A DNA stretch of 64,000 nucleotides from Paraspadella gotoi (lineage: Eukaryota; Animalia; Chaetognatha), in the NCBI GenBank assembly GCA_051294375.1, contig CM119268.1:8849215-8913214 (forward strand). The letters are read 5' to 3'. This document shows positions 62,457 through 64,000 of this stretch, piece by piece (position 1 is the first letter of the stretch; each line of letters starts with the position of its first letter). The notes below the pieces were generated by a model. The model had not been told where the DNA came from, searched no databases, and was given only the letters and a program-made list of their open reading frames with translations. Position numbers and translations under genes: made by a program.

Positions 62457-63835
62457 CTTACGATCAGGATCGATTCAACTCGGAGTAAAATCTATTTTTT
62501 CAAATTTTTCCCCTAACGAAACACTTTGTTTAAAAAATTTTATTTTGAGGATTTTTTAAACTTCCTTATTTTCTTTTCTCTTTCCTTTTTTCTTCTCTCT
62601 TTTTCTTCCTATTTCCTCTTCCTCTTTCCGCTTCCTATTTTTCTTTCATTTTTTCCCTTATAGTACTTTAGCTCTTTCCACCTCCTCTATCCACTTTCCC
62701 TTCATCTTTCCCGCTCCTATTTCCTCCTAACATTTCCGCTATTTTTCCTTCATCTCTCCCCTTTATCCTCCTCCCTTAATCCCTCTCTCTCCTTCCTCTT
62801 TAGCTTCCTTCTCACCTGCACTCACAGGCGCGATCCAAAAAGAAAAAAAAAAGGAAAAACTGTCCCCACCTTCCATCGAACTTATGCTTCCCACTACAAT
62901 CCCCCTAACACCATCCCACCACCACCACCCCCCCCGCTGAAAAAAAAAAACAAAAAAAGAGATCGGGGGCGAAATTCGTCGGATCGAAGGACCGACTTCG
63001 GCTCATCTCGGGATCGATTTACGGAAAGTATGTAACAGACTGTTATAGAAAAGAATGTAATCAATCCCCGGATGTAATTTGAGAAACGTTTAGAATAATG
63101 CCCGAGTGTTTTTTAACTTTTTATCTTCTGTTTTCTTTCGGTTTTGAATGATGACGCGATCGAGGCGAATATCGGAAGGCGGCGAAGATGACCGTCGGGT
63201 TTTTATTTCTCTCTTTCGATTGTTGATCGATCCGTTAAATGTCGTTTGTTTGTCTTGATTGGAATTTCTTTAAAAAACATATATTACAACCGTTTAAATA
63301 AAACTATATATACAAGTTTACATGTTTCGAAGGAGAGTTTCATCTAGAATGAAGCAAGGCCATGGCGCTAAGACGAGACGAAAGCGCTCGCTCGAACCGT
63401 TTTCTTATTCACTAATTTCTCCGTAATTGATTTGTTTTCAGAAAAAAATGAACATCGCTCACAAATCTCTCGCGGTTTTCGAGCGCGGGCTGCGAGCTCG
63501 AGTCTGGGCCAACTCAAAAATCTCTATTAGTTTTGATGGTTATACTTTTCTTCGCTGAAAAATTCAAAGAAGCCAAAACATTTTGCAAATACGAGATTTA
63601 TATATTTTTTTTTTTTTAAATGTAAAACGAAAACTAGATTTTATTTTTTGAACGTCATTGCTGAGAGAGAGAATATTTTTAAAAAATGTTAGAATTTCAA
63701 ATTTTATTTATTTGCTAGACAAATTGGTACAAATTATAAATAAAAGATTGTAAAAAAAAAAACAGAGTGCTCAGAGGGGAAAAAAGTGTTTTCTTTTATA
63801 TAATACAGTGCTGTTTAACATTCTCCAACTCTTAC

Positions 63836-64000
63836 TTATCCCAACTCTCTCCGCATTGACCCCACCCAAAGGGTCGCCATTAAAGCGACACAGACCGCGG
63901 CGACGCCAACCGACTTCCGGTGGGCGCAGTTGCAGAGTCCGCCCACGCAGATGCCGCGTTCGTCGTCGAGGACCCAATTGGCGGGGCAGGGCTGCTGACG
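63836..64000 (-). CDS. 3' end of a Cys-rich (EGF-like) surface protein with hydrophobic C-terminal tail; continues beyond the window
   Basis: Open frame RQQPCPANWVLDDERGICVGGLCNCAHRKSVGVAAVCVALMATLWVGSMRRELG*. CPxxxxLxxxxxxC resembles the end of an EGF module. The terminal hydrophobic stretch suggests a GPI signal or a TM helix. Confidence 0.55.
   Translation of the reverse strand, partial: RQQPCPANWVLDDERGICVGGLCNCAHRKSVGVAAVCVALMATLWVGSMRRELG

Overview
Eukaryotic (metazoan, invertebrate-like) draft genomic DNA. It has AT-rich introns, CpG-rich exons, abundant (GA)n/(GAC)n microsatellites, seven N-gaps and indel-type errors. I reconstructed five spliced genes by hand with phase-consistent exon chains. 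(1) A + strand His-rich / Trp-Asn-repeat, putatively secreted structural protein with furin sites (4991-8957); one of its apparent exons lies inverted on the - strand. (2) A 22-exon matrix metalloproteinase with long N- and C-terminal extensions, including an elastin-like Gly/Val/Pro tail (15053-29439). (3) A - strand ~1400-aa coiled-coil/ER-K helix protein with tandem TQT (LC8-type) motifs (30713-37995). (4) A 20-exon TTLL3/TTLL8-family tubulin glycylase (38522-45376). (5) A - strand orphan with a duplicated RxxSLPPPR/VDIxxVNPST module (45264-47375). Also present: partial unidentified genes at both ends, a degenerate tRNA-Lys, a small dispersed repeat with an internal minisatellite, and two ~2.2-kb tandem duplications that are probably assembly artefacts. 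The most unusual signals are the His/Trp modular protein next to the extended MMP, the inverted in-phase exon, repeated duplication of splice donors, and very relaxed splice-site sequences (8 of 19 TTLL acceptors are AAG/GAG). No searches were run; family assignments come from motif recognition and counts are manual.
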